A stretch of 64,000 nt of DNA from an uncultured Alphaproteobacteria bacterium (GCA_905236005.1 CAJONJ010000019.1:5999-69998); one strand, 5' to 3'. Shown: positions 54,586 through 62,734, counted from the stretch's first letter. The notes: a model not told the origin generated them from the sequence alone. Program-made: numbers and translations.

Positions 54586-55824
54586 TTATTTTAAATTTAT
54601 TATTTTCGCATCAACAATATCTGGTGTCATGCGGACATATACTAGATTATTTGTGTTCGGTTTGATTTCTGATTTTATGTTATCATTTACAATTAAATCA
54701 TTCAAGTTTGATTTGGTGTTTTCTATGCGTGTTACATATATATATTGTGGCAAAGTTGCCCATGTGCGAACATCTGTGTTTGAAGAAGATACAGTGTAAA
54801 TAGATGATAATATACCAAGTAATGGTGCGGAACTGCTGTGTGAATTATACATAGTGGCTTGCAAGGTTGCTTTTGATACAGCACTGGCATAAGAGCGTAA
54901 AATTTCGTTTGTTCTGTATTCGTTGTATTCTGTCAGAAACATAGCATCAACATTAGCAAGCATTTGCGAATTTTGTGGGTGAATTGAACCACTAGAAAAA
55001 TATGGTTCACTGAAAGCAAAATATATCATACCAATATTAAATAAATATAATCCTGCGTGTTGTTCGTGTAAACGTGGTGCAAAGCCAGTTTCTGCAAATT
55101 GCCATGTTATATTTGTTGGTTTTTTATATTGTTGTGCTAATTGTAAATCTTGTTTGATAAATGTGTTGTCTGGTACCATACCAGATGCACGTTTTAAATA
55201 GGTAATTGCGTTTTCAAAATCACCATTGGTCAAAAAATATATCCCAGATAAATACATCAAAGCAGGATTCATAATATCGTTAAACATTACCCAATCAGAT
55301 GTGTTTTTACCGATAATTTCTTGTAATTCTGGGGTGATATCTTGTTTTCTGTCTGATATCAATTTTTTGTATTCTGTGGACATTTTTTGCTGACGAATGT
55401 ATGATTGATTTATAACAACACGTGCATTTTTGAAATCATGCATAGCTAATAAATCCCATAGTTGATAATAAGAAACAAATAAAGAATCCATCATATATGG
55501 TTTATAAGAATTGATGCCTTGGCCGAATAATAATCCTGTGGTTTCACGTACAATAGACGAATCGGTTTCAGATAAATTTCTTTTGTTAAATTCTTCAAAA
55601 ACAGAATCGCTTTCTTTGAATTCATTTTCGTGAAACAGTGTTACACCGTTTATTAATAATTCAAGATTGTTTTGTTTTTCTGGTTCGGTATTTGATGATA
55701 AATTTTGTGTTGCTGATTTAAAATCACCATGTGCAAAATTATTTTGTATTGTATCAAGATGCGCCTGTGTGCTGGACGCACAACCGTATAGAACAAATAA
55801 ACAAAAAAAAATAAGTTTACGCAT
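54586..55824 (-). CDS. TPR-like lipoprotein, function unknown
   Basis: 412 aa. Lipobox VLYGC. Helical-repeat composition. Lies 19 nt upstream of the LpoB-like gene and 22 nt downstream of virD4. Confidence 0.55.
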   Translation of the reverse strand: MRKLIFFCLFVLYGCASSTQAHLDTIQNNFAHGDFKSATQNLSSNTEPEKQNNLELLINGVTLFHENEFKESDSVFEEFNKRNLSETDSSIVRETTGLLFGQGINSYKPYMMDSLFVSYYQLWDLLAMHDFKNARVVINQSYIRQQKMSTEYKKLISDRKQDITPELQEIIGKNTSDWVMFNDIMNPALMYLSGIYFLTNGDFENAITYLKRASGMVPDNTFIKQDLQLAQQYKKPTNITWQFAETGFAPRLHEQHAGLYLFNIGMIYFAFSEPYFSSGSIHPQNSQMLANVDAMFLTEYNEYRTNEILRSYASAVSKATLQATMYNSHSSSAPLLGILSSIYTVSSSNTDVRTWATLPQYIYVTRIENTKSNLNDLIVNDNIKSEIKPNTNNLVYVRMTPDIVDAKIINLK

Positions 55825-55846
55825 ATTAATAAATACTAATTAAATT

Positions 55847-58105
55847 TTAATTTAATGGTTCCAGTATTTTTATTTCATTTGTGTTTGGGTTGTATATTTT
55901 TGGTGTTCCTTCATATCCCATAATAGCATGGTGTGATGGAATTAAAAATTCTGGTAATGGGGATGCTTCGCCCATTTGAACTTTTTCGTTTAACCGTTTT
56001 TGTATAGGTGTTTTGTTTAGATAGTAAGGTTCTGCATCTGCTTCTATTGGACGATTGTACCAACCTTGAAAAATTACCAATTGTTTGTCTTTTGGTATTT
56101 TCATAATATCCATTACAGAATATAAATCTTTTTCGTCTGGTACTTCTTTTTTGTTACCATCTTTATCAGTTTCAATTTTTTTGGTTTTTTCTTTGCCGAC
56201 CATTTCCGAAAATCTTTTTGCTGTATCTGGATCATTTTGACGTAATACAATCTTAGCGGCGGTTGTTGATATAATTGTAGAAGCAGCATCAGCACCGTAT
56301 TTTTCTTGTATTTGGTGAATGTCTTGACCGATAATCAAATATGATACTTTTTGTCCACGTCCTAAATCGGGACCTTTGATAACAGCATCTAATTTTTGCA
56401 TTTTTGGCATTTCGTCTAATACGAATAACACAGGGCAGGGACCTACTTTTTTGTCGTCTACTGTTTCACCAGGTTTATGTGCTAGTAAATAATTAGACAT
56501 TAATTCAATAAATATTGCGGTAATAGGATTTACAGCCTGGGCATCAACCATATTAACAGATAAATATACACTGACAGGTTTAATTTTTCCATCACGAGGG
56601 TCTTTTAATCCACGCAAATCTTCAAAATGAAAATCAGAATGACTTGTTCGGTTGCGTACAGCAGCATTACGAAAGATTGCTAAACCTTCCATCATAGTGG
56701 ATAAAATAGAACCACGTTCCCTGTCTGGTGTGTTTGCCAGCTGAGTTAATTCTGATACTGAACGCTGTGCATAAGAAAAACGACGTGCTTCGTCTACTGC
56801 ATCTAACAATAAATCTTTCATTGGGTCTGCCATCATAACCATTTGGTCACCTTGGCGACGGCGTTCTTCCATGTTTTCGGCAATAGCAACTTGGCTGGCT
56901 GTTAACCAGTCCAAAATCATCGCAAAAGATGCTTCTTTGCCGTGCCATGCTTCTGGAATGTGTGCCCAAGTTCCGACATGAACATAATTCATTGCATTTA
57001 ATTCACCACGTTGCAATATGGAATATGCGGCATATGCATTTGCATCATTCATCATAGATAAATAATAATCGCCTAATAATGTTTTGTCGTCATCTGTTAA
57101 AGAATTGCTATTTATTTTGTTGTAAAAATAATCGTCTGCTTTGGCACGTTCTATTTTTGATACTATGAAATTTACCAAACCGGATAACCCAGCACGTGCT
57201 GTGTTTGACCAGTGTGGATCTTGAACTGCATCAGGAATTAATACTTTGCAAATAGCATCAATATACAAATCACGTTGTTCGGGTAAATATGGAACATGTT
57301 CTGGTGATAAAGGATTCCATGATGGATAATATATTCCACGTTCTGGTTCATCTTGACCAGACCAATTCATAATAAAAACAGGTCCTACAGTTGAACGATA
57401 TCCAGATGTTGAATATTTTAATTCTGGTTTCGGATCGTTTATAATCATTGACACTGTATCACAGTCCAAGATTGTTGGAATAACAACACCGGATGTTTTA
57501 CCAGTTCCCGGAGGTGCTACACACAAAGCAGACAAACATTCGTCCATCATTAAAGCTGTGGATTTACCTTTGTATTTAAAATATCCCAGCACCATCATAA
57601 ATCCTTTGAATAAACCATCTGGATTATTAAATGTGCCCATTTTTTTAATATCATCAGCGGTTGCTTTGCGGGAAGATTTTTCATCGTAATTTTTTTTACC
57701 GTGTGGATTAAATTCGTCTGTAAACGTAGTGTCAGACAAAAAGTAATATGCAATTACTGGAAACAAAGGTGTCATACACGCAAAATCTGGGTGAAAAAAT
57801 GTTCTTTGTATCCAATATGGAATTTCAGCTATGACAGATAAACCACCCGTTTTTAACATATTTTTTAAGTATAATATAACCCATTCTTGTGAAGCAGGTG
57901 ACCAACCGTATCGCCAAATATGTTCCGCTGCAAAGGATAAACCAAATGCTAATGCACATATACACCAAATGCCAATATCCCAACGCATAGTCCAAAATTG
58001 ACGGGCAATACCAGTGCGTTCGTGTTCTTTGTATGCAGATGAATCAAAGATTTTTAAACCTTTGCCAGAACCACTGCTAGAGAAAAAGTTGAATTTCGTA
58101 GCCAT
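55847..58105 (-). CDS. virD4: Type IV secretion coupling protein VirD4/TraG family
   Basis: 752 aa. N-terminal TM segments, Walker A VAPPGTGKTSGVVIPT, Walker B PVLFVLDEMPKM and the TraG/VirD4 core. Confidence 0.88.
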   Translation of the reverse strand: MATKFNFFSSSGSGKGLKIFDSSAYKEHERTGIARQFWTMRWDIGIWCICALAFGLSFAAEHIWRYGWSPASQEWVILYLKNMLKTGGLSVIAEIPYWIQRTFFHPDFACMTPLFPVIAYYFLSDTTFTDEFNPHGKKNYDEKSSRKATADDIKKMGTFNNPDGLFKGFMMVLGYFKYKGKSTALMMDECLSALCVAPPGTGKTSGVVIPTILDCDTVSMIINDPKPELKYSTSGYRSTVGPVFIMNWSGQDEPERGIYYPSWNPLSPEHVPYLPEQRDLYIDAICKVLIPDAVQDPHWSNTARAGLSGLVNFIVSKIERAKADDYFYNKINSNSLTDDDKTLLGDYYLSMMNDANAYAAYSILQRGELNAMNYVHVGTWAHIPEAWHGKEASFAMILDWLTASQVAIAENMEERRRQGDQMVMMADPMKDLLLDAVDEARRFSYAQRSVSELTQLANTPDRERGSILSTMMEGLAIFRNAAVRNRTSHSDFHFEDLRGLKDPRDGKIKPVSVYLSVNMVDAQAVNPITAIFIELMSNYLLAHKPGETVDDKKVGPCPVLFVLDEMPKMQKLDAVIKGPDLGRGQKVSYLIIGQDIHQIQEKYGADAASTIISTTAAKIVLRQNDPDTAKRFSEMVGKEKTKKIETDKDGNKKEVPDEKDLYSVMDIMKIPKDKQLVIFQGWYNRPIEADAEPYYLNKTPIQKRLNEKVQMGEASPLPEFLIPSHHAIMGYEGTPKIYNPNTNEIKILEPLN

Positions 58106-58112
58106 GATTGGT

Positions 58113-58121
58113 ATTATATCA
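58113..58121 (-). promoter_or_regulatory. Extended -10 promoter for virD4 (probably leaderless mRNA)
   Basis: The minus strand reads TGATATAAT. Only 7 nt (ACCAATC) separate the -10 hexamer from the ATG, and no RBS is possible. Confidence 0.45.
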
Positions 58122-58156
58122 TAAAAATAACAGTTTTTATATTAAAAGATTAAAAA

Positions 58157-58816
58157 ATGCAAAATATACCAAGAATTTTTTTAAACCAAACTTTAAATCA
58201 ACAAGAAATGGTGCCAGTTGATAAAAATATTGTTCATTATTTACGGCACGTTATGCGAAGAAATGATTGTTTGGTGTTTAATAACGGAACAGAATATAAT
58301 GCCATTTTGTCTGAGGATAATAATTTTTTGATTATTGGTCAAAAAACAAAGCATACAGATCCCAGTAATAAGGTAATATTTTATTTCGCACCAATCAAAA
58401 GATTAGATGAAATGTTGAACATGGTTACACAATTGGGGGTCGCTGTGTTACAACCTGTAATAACAGATAGAACTGTTGCACGACATATAAATTGGAATCG
58501 TATGCAGAAAATTATCATAGAAGCATCCGAACAATCTGGTCGTAACAGTATTCCCCAATTGTTATCACCAATACAATTTAAAGATTTAGATTTTAAAGAT
58601 GTGGTTGTGGCTGATGAACGGGCAGGGCATGGTAAAAATGTTGCTGACAGGGTAATTGGTTGTGAAAAAATATTTGTTGGACCAGAGGGTGGTTTTTCCT
58701 CACAAGAATTTGAAATAATGGATAAAAATGGTGTGCGTGGATTATCTTTGGGTAAGACTATTTTACGGGCAGAAGTAGCGGCAGTCGTTGCGGTAACCAA
58801 GGTTGTAAATAAATGA
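58157..58816 (+). CDS. rsmE: 16S rRNA (uracil1498-N3)-methyltransferase RsmE
   Basis: 219 aa. IPRIF N-terminus and C-terminal FVGPEGGFSSQE...LGKTILRAE. Confidence 0.88.
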   Translation: MQNIPRIFLNQTLNQQEMVPVDKNIVHYLRHVMRRNDCLVFNNGTEYNAILSEDNNFLIIGQKTKHTDPSNKVIFYFAPIKRLDEMLNMVTQLGVAVLQPVITDRTVARHINWNRMQKIIIEASEQSGRNSIPQLLSPIQFKDLDFKDVVVADERAGHGKNVADRVIGCEKIFVGPEGGFSSQEFEIMDKNGVRGLSLGKTILRAEVAAVVAVTKVVNK

Positions 58817-59511
58817 AGACACGTCTAGCTAAATTTATTGCAGATTGTGGGATCGCATCCAGGCGTGATGCTGAAAAATTGATTGCATCAGGTGTAGTTT
58901 CTGTGGATGGCAATATTGTTGATACACCTGTGTTTTTTGTAGATGAACAATCAAAAGTTTATATTCGGGGTAAAGAAATCAAAAAAAATCAAGACATTAA
59001 ATTGTATATGTTTCATAAACCGTTAAATACAATGACTACTGCCTATGATCCGCAACACAGAAAAACAATATATGATGTTCTGGATAAACAATATAAAAAT
59101 TTAAAGTATATAGGCCGATTGGATTATAAGACTACTGGGTTATTATTGTTGACTAATAATGGTGATTTGGCACGTAAAATGTCTTTGCCACAAAATCATA
59201 TTCCCAGAACCTATATTGCGACTGTGGATAAATATAATGATGATGGGTTGAACAAAGCCCGACAGGGTGTTTGTATTGATGGTATTAATTATCGTCCTAT
59301 GAAAATAGAGATTATAGATAGACATAATTTACGTATTACTGTGACAGAAGGTAAAAAGAACGAAATCAGAATTGTGTTGAAATATATTGGTTCACCTGTT
59401 GCTGCTTTGCATCGTATTTCTTATGGCCAAATACAGTTGGGAAATTTGCCAGTTGGAAAAATTTTAGAAATAGATAAGAAAACGATTGACCTGGTTTTAA
59501 AAAATTTCTAA
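58813..59511 (+). CDS. Pseudouridine synthase, RsuA/RluB family
   Basis: 232 aa. S4 domain (RLAKFIADCGIASRRDAEKLI) and catalytic GRLDYKTTGLLLLTN. ATGA overlap with rsmE. Confidence 0.85.
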   Translation: MKTRLAKFIADCGIASRRDAEKLIASGVVSVDGNIVDTPVFFVDEQSKVYIRGKEIKKNQDIKLYMFHKPLNTMTTAYDPQHRKTIYDVLDKQYKNLKYIGRLDYKTTGLLLLTNNGDLARKMSLPQNHIPRTYIATVDKYNDDGLNKARQGVCIDGINYRPMKIEIIDRHNLRITVTEGKKNEIRIVLKYIGSPVAALHRISYGQIQLGNLPVGKILEIDKKTIDLVLKNF

Positions 59512-59540
59512 AATCAAAATAAAAGAAAAGGGGGGAGTTT

Positions 59541-60500
59541 ATGAAAAAATTGAAAAATATCCGGAAAAGTGCGGTTAAGAAACCAGAAATACAGGCGAAT
59601 ACTTGCTCAGCAAGCAGCCCGTGGTCTTGGACTATTTATGTTTATTGGTTCATAATTTTGTTCTTTATTGCTGCAACATTTTATATATTGGGACGCAGTC
59701 ATGAATTTTTACATCCAACAGTCAATAATATTGTTGTTGCAGAAGAGGTTTTAAAACAGCCAGAAGATTATATCAAAGTGGCCAAGGAAAAATTGGTTGC
59801 GGGTAACGTGGAAGAAGCAATTGTTGAATTGGATGCTGCAATTGATGCAAATGCGTCTTCTGATGTTTATGCGTTGCGTGGCGAAGCATATATGCAAGTT
59901 GGTGATTATCAGAAAGCTTTGGCGGATTTTGACAGTGCGATTGAAATGGATGCAATGAATGCTGCTGCTTTCTTGGACAGATCTTTGTTGAATACACGTT
60001 TGGAAAATTATGCTGCTGCATTGAATGATATAAATAATGCTTTGGCTGCACAGTCTATGAAGCCAGCAAGTGGTTTAACAATGCGTGATTTATATGCTAA
60101 ACGTGGGCAGTTGAATTTATGGTTAAAAAATTGGCAGGGTGCGGTTGCGGATTATACGAATTCTTTGGCCAGAACAGAAGGAACAATATCTGCTGATGTA
60201 TATGCAGAACGTGCAGAAGCATTTACGGCATTGGGTGATTTTGAAAATGCTATAAATGATTATACATCTGCTGTGCGTGTTGTTTCTGAACAAATTCAGG
60301 CAACCCCAACACAAGAAGAACGTGAAAAACAATCTAGCAATGCGATGGGGTATTTTGAAAAATCAGCTGCTTTGAATTTCAAGTTGGGTAATACTGATGC
60401 TGCTCGTCATGATTTGGAATCTGCGTTCGCAATAGCGGTTGCCTTAGATGATAACGAAAGTACAGAAAGAATCCAAAATTTAATAAACGATTTGGATTAG
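59541..60500 (+). CDS. TPR-repeat protein with an N-terminal transmembrane anchor
   Basis: 319 aa. TM segment WTIYVYWFIILFFIAATFYIL followed by repeated A..YA.RGEAY...G.Y..A..D type TPR units. Confidence 0.7.
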   Translation: MKKLKNIRKSAVKKPEIQANTCSASSPWSWTIYVYWFIILFFIAATFYILGRSHEFLHPTVNNIVVAEEVLKQPEDYIKVAKEKLVAGNVEEAIVELDAAIDANASSDVYALRGEAYMQVGDYQKALADFDSAIEMDAMNAAAFLDRSLLNTRLENYAAALNDINNALAAQSMKPASGLTMRDLYAKRGQLNLWLKNWQGAVADYTNSLARTEGTISADVYAERAEAFTALGDFENAINDYTSAVRVVSEQIQATPTQEEREKQSSNAMGYFEKSAALNFKLGNTDAARHDLESAFAIAVALDDNESTERIQNLINDLD

Positions 60501-60508
60501 TTTAATAG

Positions 60509-60555
60509 AAATCCGCTTTTCTGGTTAAAATGCACTGAAAAGCGGATTTTTTTTG
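60509..60555 (+). terminator. Intrinsic terminator after the TPR gene
   Basis: 13-bp stem AAATCCGCTTTTC (60509-60521) / GAAAAGCGGATTT (60537-60549) followed by TTTTT. Confidence 0.75.
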
Positions 60556-60581
60556 ACTTTTAAATTTTATGGTATTAAAAT
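60553..60581 (+). promoter_or_regulatory. Sigma70-type promoter for the thrS leader
   Basis: TTGACT (60553-60558), 17-nt spacer, TAAAAT (60576-60581). It overlaps the recurring TTTTATGGTAT motif. Confidence 0.5.
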
Positions 60582-60614
60582 ATTAGTATGTTTTGTAAAT
60601 TATTTATTTTTACC

Positions 60615-60654
60615 ATGACTACAACAACCCCTTTGGGGGTGTAGATTTTTATTT
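60615..60654 (+). promoter_or_regulatory. Candidate attenuator: leader ORF MTTTTPLGV plus terminator-like hairpin and U-tract
   Basis: ATG ACT ACA ACA ACC CCT TTG GGG GTG TAG (60615-60644). Pairings CTACA 60619-23 / TGTAG 60640-44 and CCCC 60628-31 / GGGG 60635-38, then ATTTTTATTT. Confidence 0.45.
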
Positions 60655-60727
60655 GTGCTGTTATAAAGCACGTATTATAATAAACAGGCAATTTAATAAA
60701 TATGAATAAAAATAAAAGGTAAAAAAT

Positions 60728-62461
60728 ATGTCTTATCCAATTGAATTAATTCGTCATTCGCTGGCACATGTGATGGCAGCGGCTGTTCAAAAGTTGTATC
60801 CAGATGTTAAATTTGCAGGTGGTCCTGCTATTGAAAATGGATTTTATTACGATTTTGATACAGAACACAGATTCAGCGAAGATGATTTTGCGGCTATTGA
60901 AAAAGAAATGAAAGCTTTGATTAAATCTGATGGCAGATTTGATAGACGTGAAATATCTCTTGATGAAGCAAAAGAAATTTTTAAAAATCAACCATACAAA
61001 ATGGAATGGTTAAATGAATATGATGCAAATGGTGAAGTGTTATCTATTTACACTTTTCGTGATTTTACAGATTTGTGTCGTGGTCCACATGTTGCATCCA
61101 GCAAAGATTTACCAAAAGATGGTTTTAAAATAAAAAGTGTTGCTGGTGCATATTGGAAGGGTGATTCAAAAAATAAAATGTTACAACGTATTTATGTTGA
61201 TGCGTTTGCAACTGGTGAAGAATTAGCCGAATTTTTGAAAATGCAGGAAGAAGCGGCGGCTAGAGATAATCGTAAATTAGGTAAAGATATGGATTTGTTC
61301 CATTTTGAACCTGAATATGCACCAGGTTGTGTGTTTTGGCATGACAAAGGTTTCAAAGTGTATCGTCGTTTGATTGATTTTATTCGTGCACGTCAAAATC
61401 GTGAAGGTTATCTTGAAATATCCACACCAACAGTTTTGGAACGCTCTTTATGGGAACGTTCTGGGCATTGGGCAAAATATGCAGAACATAATTATTCCGG
61501 AAAAACTTTGGACGGTAAAGATTTCTGTGTGAAACCTATGTCTTGTCCAGGTGGTATGTTGGTTTATGCTCAGGGTATAAAATCTTATAAAGATTTACCG
61601 TTATATTTGGCTGAATTTGGTAAAGTAAATCGTTACGAAGCATCTGGTGCTTTGGCTGGTTTGATGCGTGTTCGTGAAATGACCCAAGATGATGCTCATA
61701 TTTTCTGTACAGAAGAACAATTACAAGAAGAAGTTGTCAAAGCATTGCGTTTGATGATAGATGTTTATCATAAATTGGGATTTAAGAAAATATTGATGGA
61801 TTTAGAAACACGTCCAGATTCAGAATTCCGTATTGGTTCTGATGAAGTTTGGGATTTTGCAGAAGACGCTTTGCGTAAATCACTTGAATCTATGGGGGCG
61901 GATTACATCTTGGCGGAAGGCGAAGGTGCATTCTATGGTCCAAAGATTTGTTTGTATTTGTGGGATGCAATTGGTCGTAAGTGGCAATGTGGTACTGTGC
62001 AACTGGATATGAATTTACCAGAAAGATTTGATTTATCTTATATTGGTGAAGATGGTGAAAAACATCGTCCAGTTATGTTGCATCGTGCAATATTGGGTTC
62101 TATTGAAAGATTTATGGGGGTATTATTAGAATCAACAGCTGGTGTTTTACCTTTGTGGTTGTCGCCAGAACCAGTGGTTGTTGCCCCTGTATCCGAAAAA
62201 TTCAAAGATTATGCAAATGAAGTAGTTGAAAAATTACAGAAAGCGGGTGTGTATACTCGTGCTGATTTGCGTGACGAAAAAGTAAATTACAAGATTCGTG
62301 AATTGTCTTTGGCAAAAACACCAATAATCGCTGTTGTTGGTGAAAAAGAAATGAACGATAGAACGGTTACTTTGCGTTATTTAGGTAAAGAAGGTCAACA
62401 AGTGAAATCTTTAGATTCTTTTGTTGATGAAATGACAGAGGCGATTAAATTACCTTTGTAA
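60728..62461 (+). CDS. thrS: Threonine--tRNA ligase (no N-terminal TGS domain)
   Basis: 577 aa. Begins at the editing domain (IRHSLAHVMAAAV..., DLCRGPH). Class II core (RVREMTQDDAHIFC, GTVQLD) and an anticodon-binding C-terminus. Confidence 0.95.
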   Translation: MSYPIELIRHSLAHVMAAAVQKLYPDVKFAGGPAIENGFYYDFDTEHRFSEDDFAAIEKEMKALIKSDGRFDRREISLDEAKEIFKNQPYKMEWLNEYDANGEVLSIYTFRDFTDLCRGPHVASSKDLPKDGFKIKSVAGAYWKGDSKNKMLQRIYVDAFATGEELAEFLKMQEEAAARDNRKLGKDMDLFHFEPEYAPGCVFWHDKGFKVYRRLIDFIRARQNREGYLEISTPTVLERSLWERSGHWAKYAEHNYSGKTLDGKDFCVKPMSCPGGMLVYAQGIKSYKDLPLYLAEFGKVNRYEASGALAGLMRVREMTQDDAHIFCTEEQLQEEVVKALRLMIDVYHKLGFKKILMDLETRPDSEFRIGSDEVWDFAEDALRKSLESMGADYILAEGEGAFYGPKICLYLWDAIGRKWQCGTVQLDMNLPERFDLSYIGEDGEKHRPVMLHRAILGSIERFMGVLLESTAGVLPLWLSPEPVVVAPVSEKFKDYANEVVEKLQKAGVYTRADLRDEKVNYKIRELSLAKTPIIAVVGEKEMNDRTVTLRYLGKEGQQVKSLDSFVDEMTEAIKLPL

Positions 62462-62470
62462 TAATTAAAA

Positions 62471-62497
62471 AAGTGGGACTTTTGGGTCCCACTTTGG
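62471..62497 (+). terminator. Candidate intrinsic terminator after thrS
   Basis: AAGTGGGAC (62471-62479) pairs with GTCCCACTT (62486-62494). The T tail is weak (TTGGG). Confidence 0.5.
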
Positions 62498-62516
62498 GCA
62501 AAACAAGGAAAGAAAG

Positions 62517-62657
62517 ATGAAAAAATTAGCAGTGTTATTGGCGTTGTGTTCTTTGGTTATGGTTGCCGGATGTGGTTGTAATTGTGAAAAAGAACCAATT
62601 ATAGAATCAAATCATAAATTGATTGTTCCACCTGATTTTGGAAATATGCCAAAATAA
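62517..62657 (+). CDS. Small (46-aa) lipoprotein; not in the ORF track
   Basis: Own translation: MKKLAVLLALCSLVMVAGCGCNCEKEPIIESNHKLIVPPDFGNMPK. Lipobox MVAGC and an AAGGAAAG RBS. The L.VPP....P tail resembles small DUF3035-type alphaproteobacterial lipoproteins. Confidence 0.5.
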   Translation: MKKLAVLLALCSLVMVAGCGCNCEKEPIIESNHKLIVPPDFGNMPK

Positions 62658-62671
62658 TTTACAAAGGTTTC

Positions 62672-62700
62672 TTGGTGTTTGCTTTTTTTTATGATATAAT
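62672..62700 (+). promoter_or_regulatory. Promoter for the SPOR-domain gene
   Basis: TTGGTG (62672-62677), 17-nt spacer, extended -10 TGATATAAT (62692-62700). Confidence 0.5.
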
Positions 62701-62734
62701 GTGTTCATATAAATGATATAAATGGGGGGATATT

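Noticed and set aside
60702-60722. Second mini-ORF MNKNKR immediately upstream of thrS
   Set aside because: It is A-rich sequence that also supplies the thrS RBS (AAAAGGT). It has no amino-acid bias related to Thr and no associated structure, so it is probably fortuitous.
60501-60727. Possible tRNA, T-box or other structured ncRNA in the largest intergenic region, and a scan of the other spacers (22368-22504, 24707-24785, 26154-26291, 40451-40560) for tRNA, rRNA or CRISPR repeats
   Set aside because: No cloverleaf-compatible sequence (no GTTCGAATC-like T-arm and no acceptor pairing). The region is too short and lacks the specifier or T-box (AGGGTGGNACCGCG-like) sequence. No direct-repeat arrays are present. 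The region is better explained by terminator, promoter and leader ORF.
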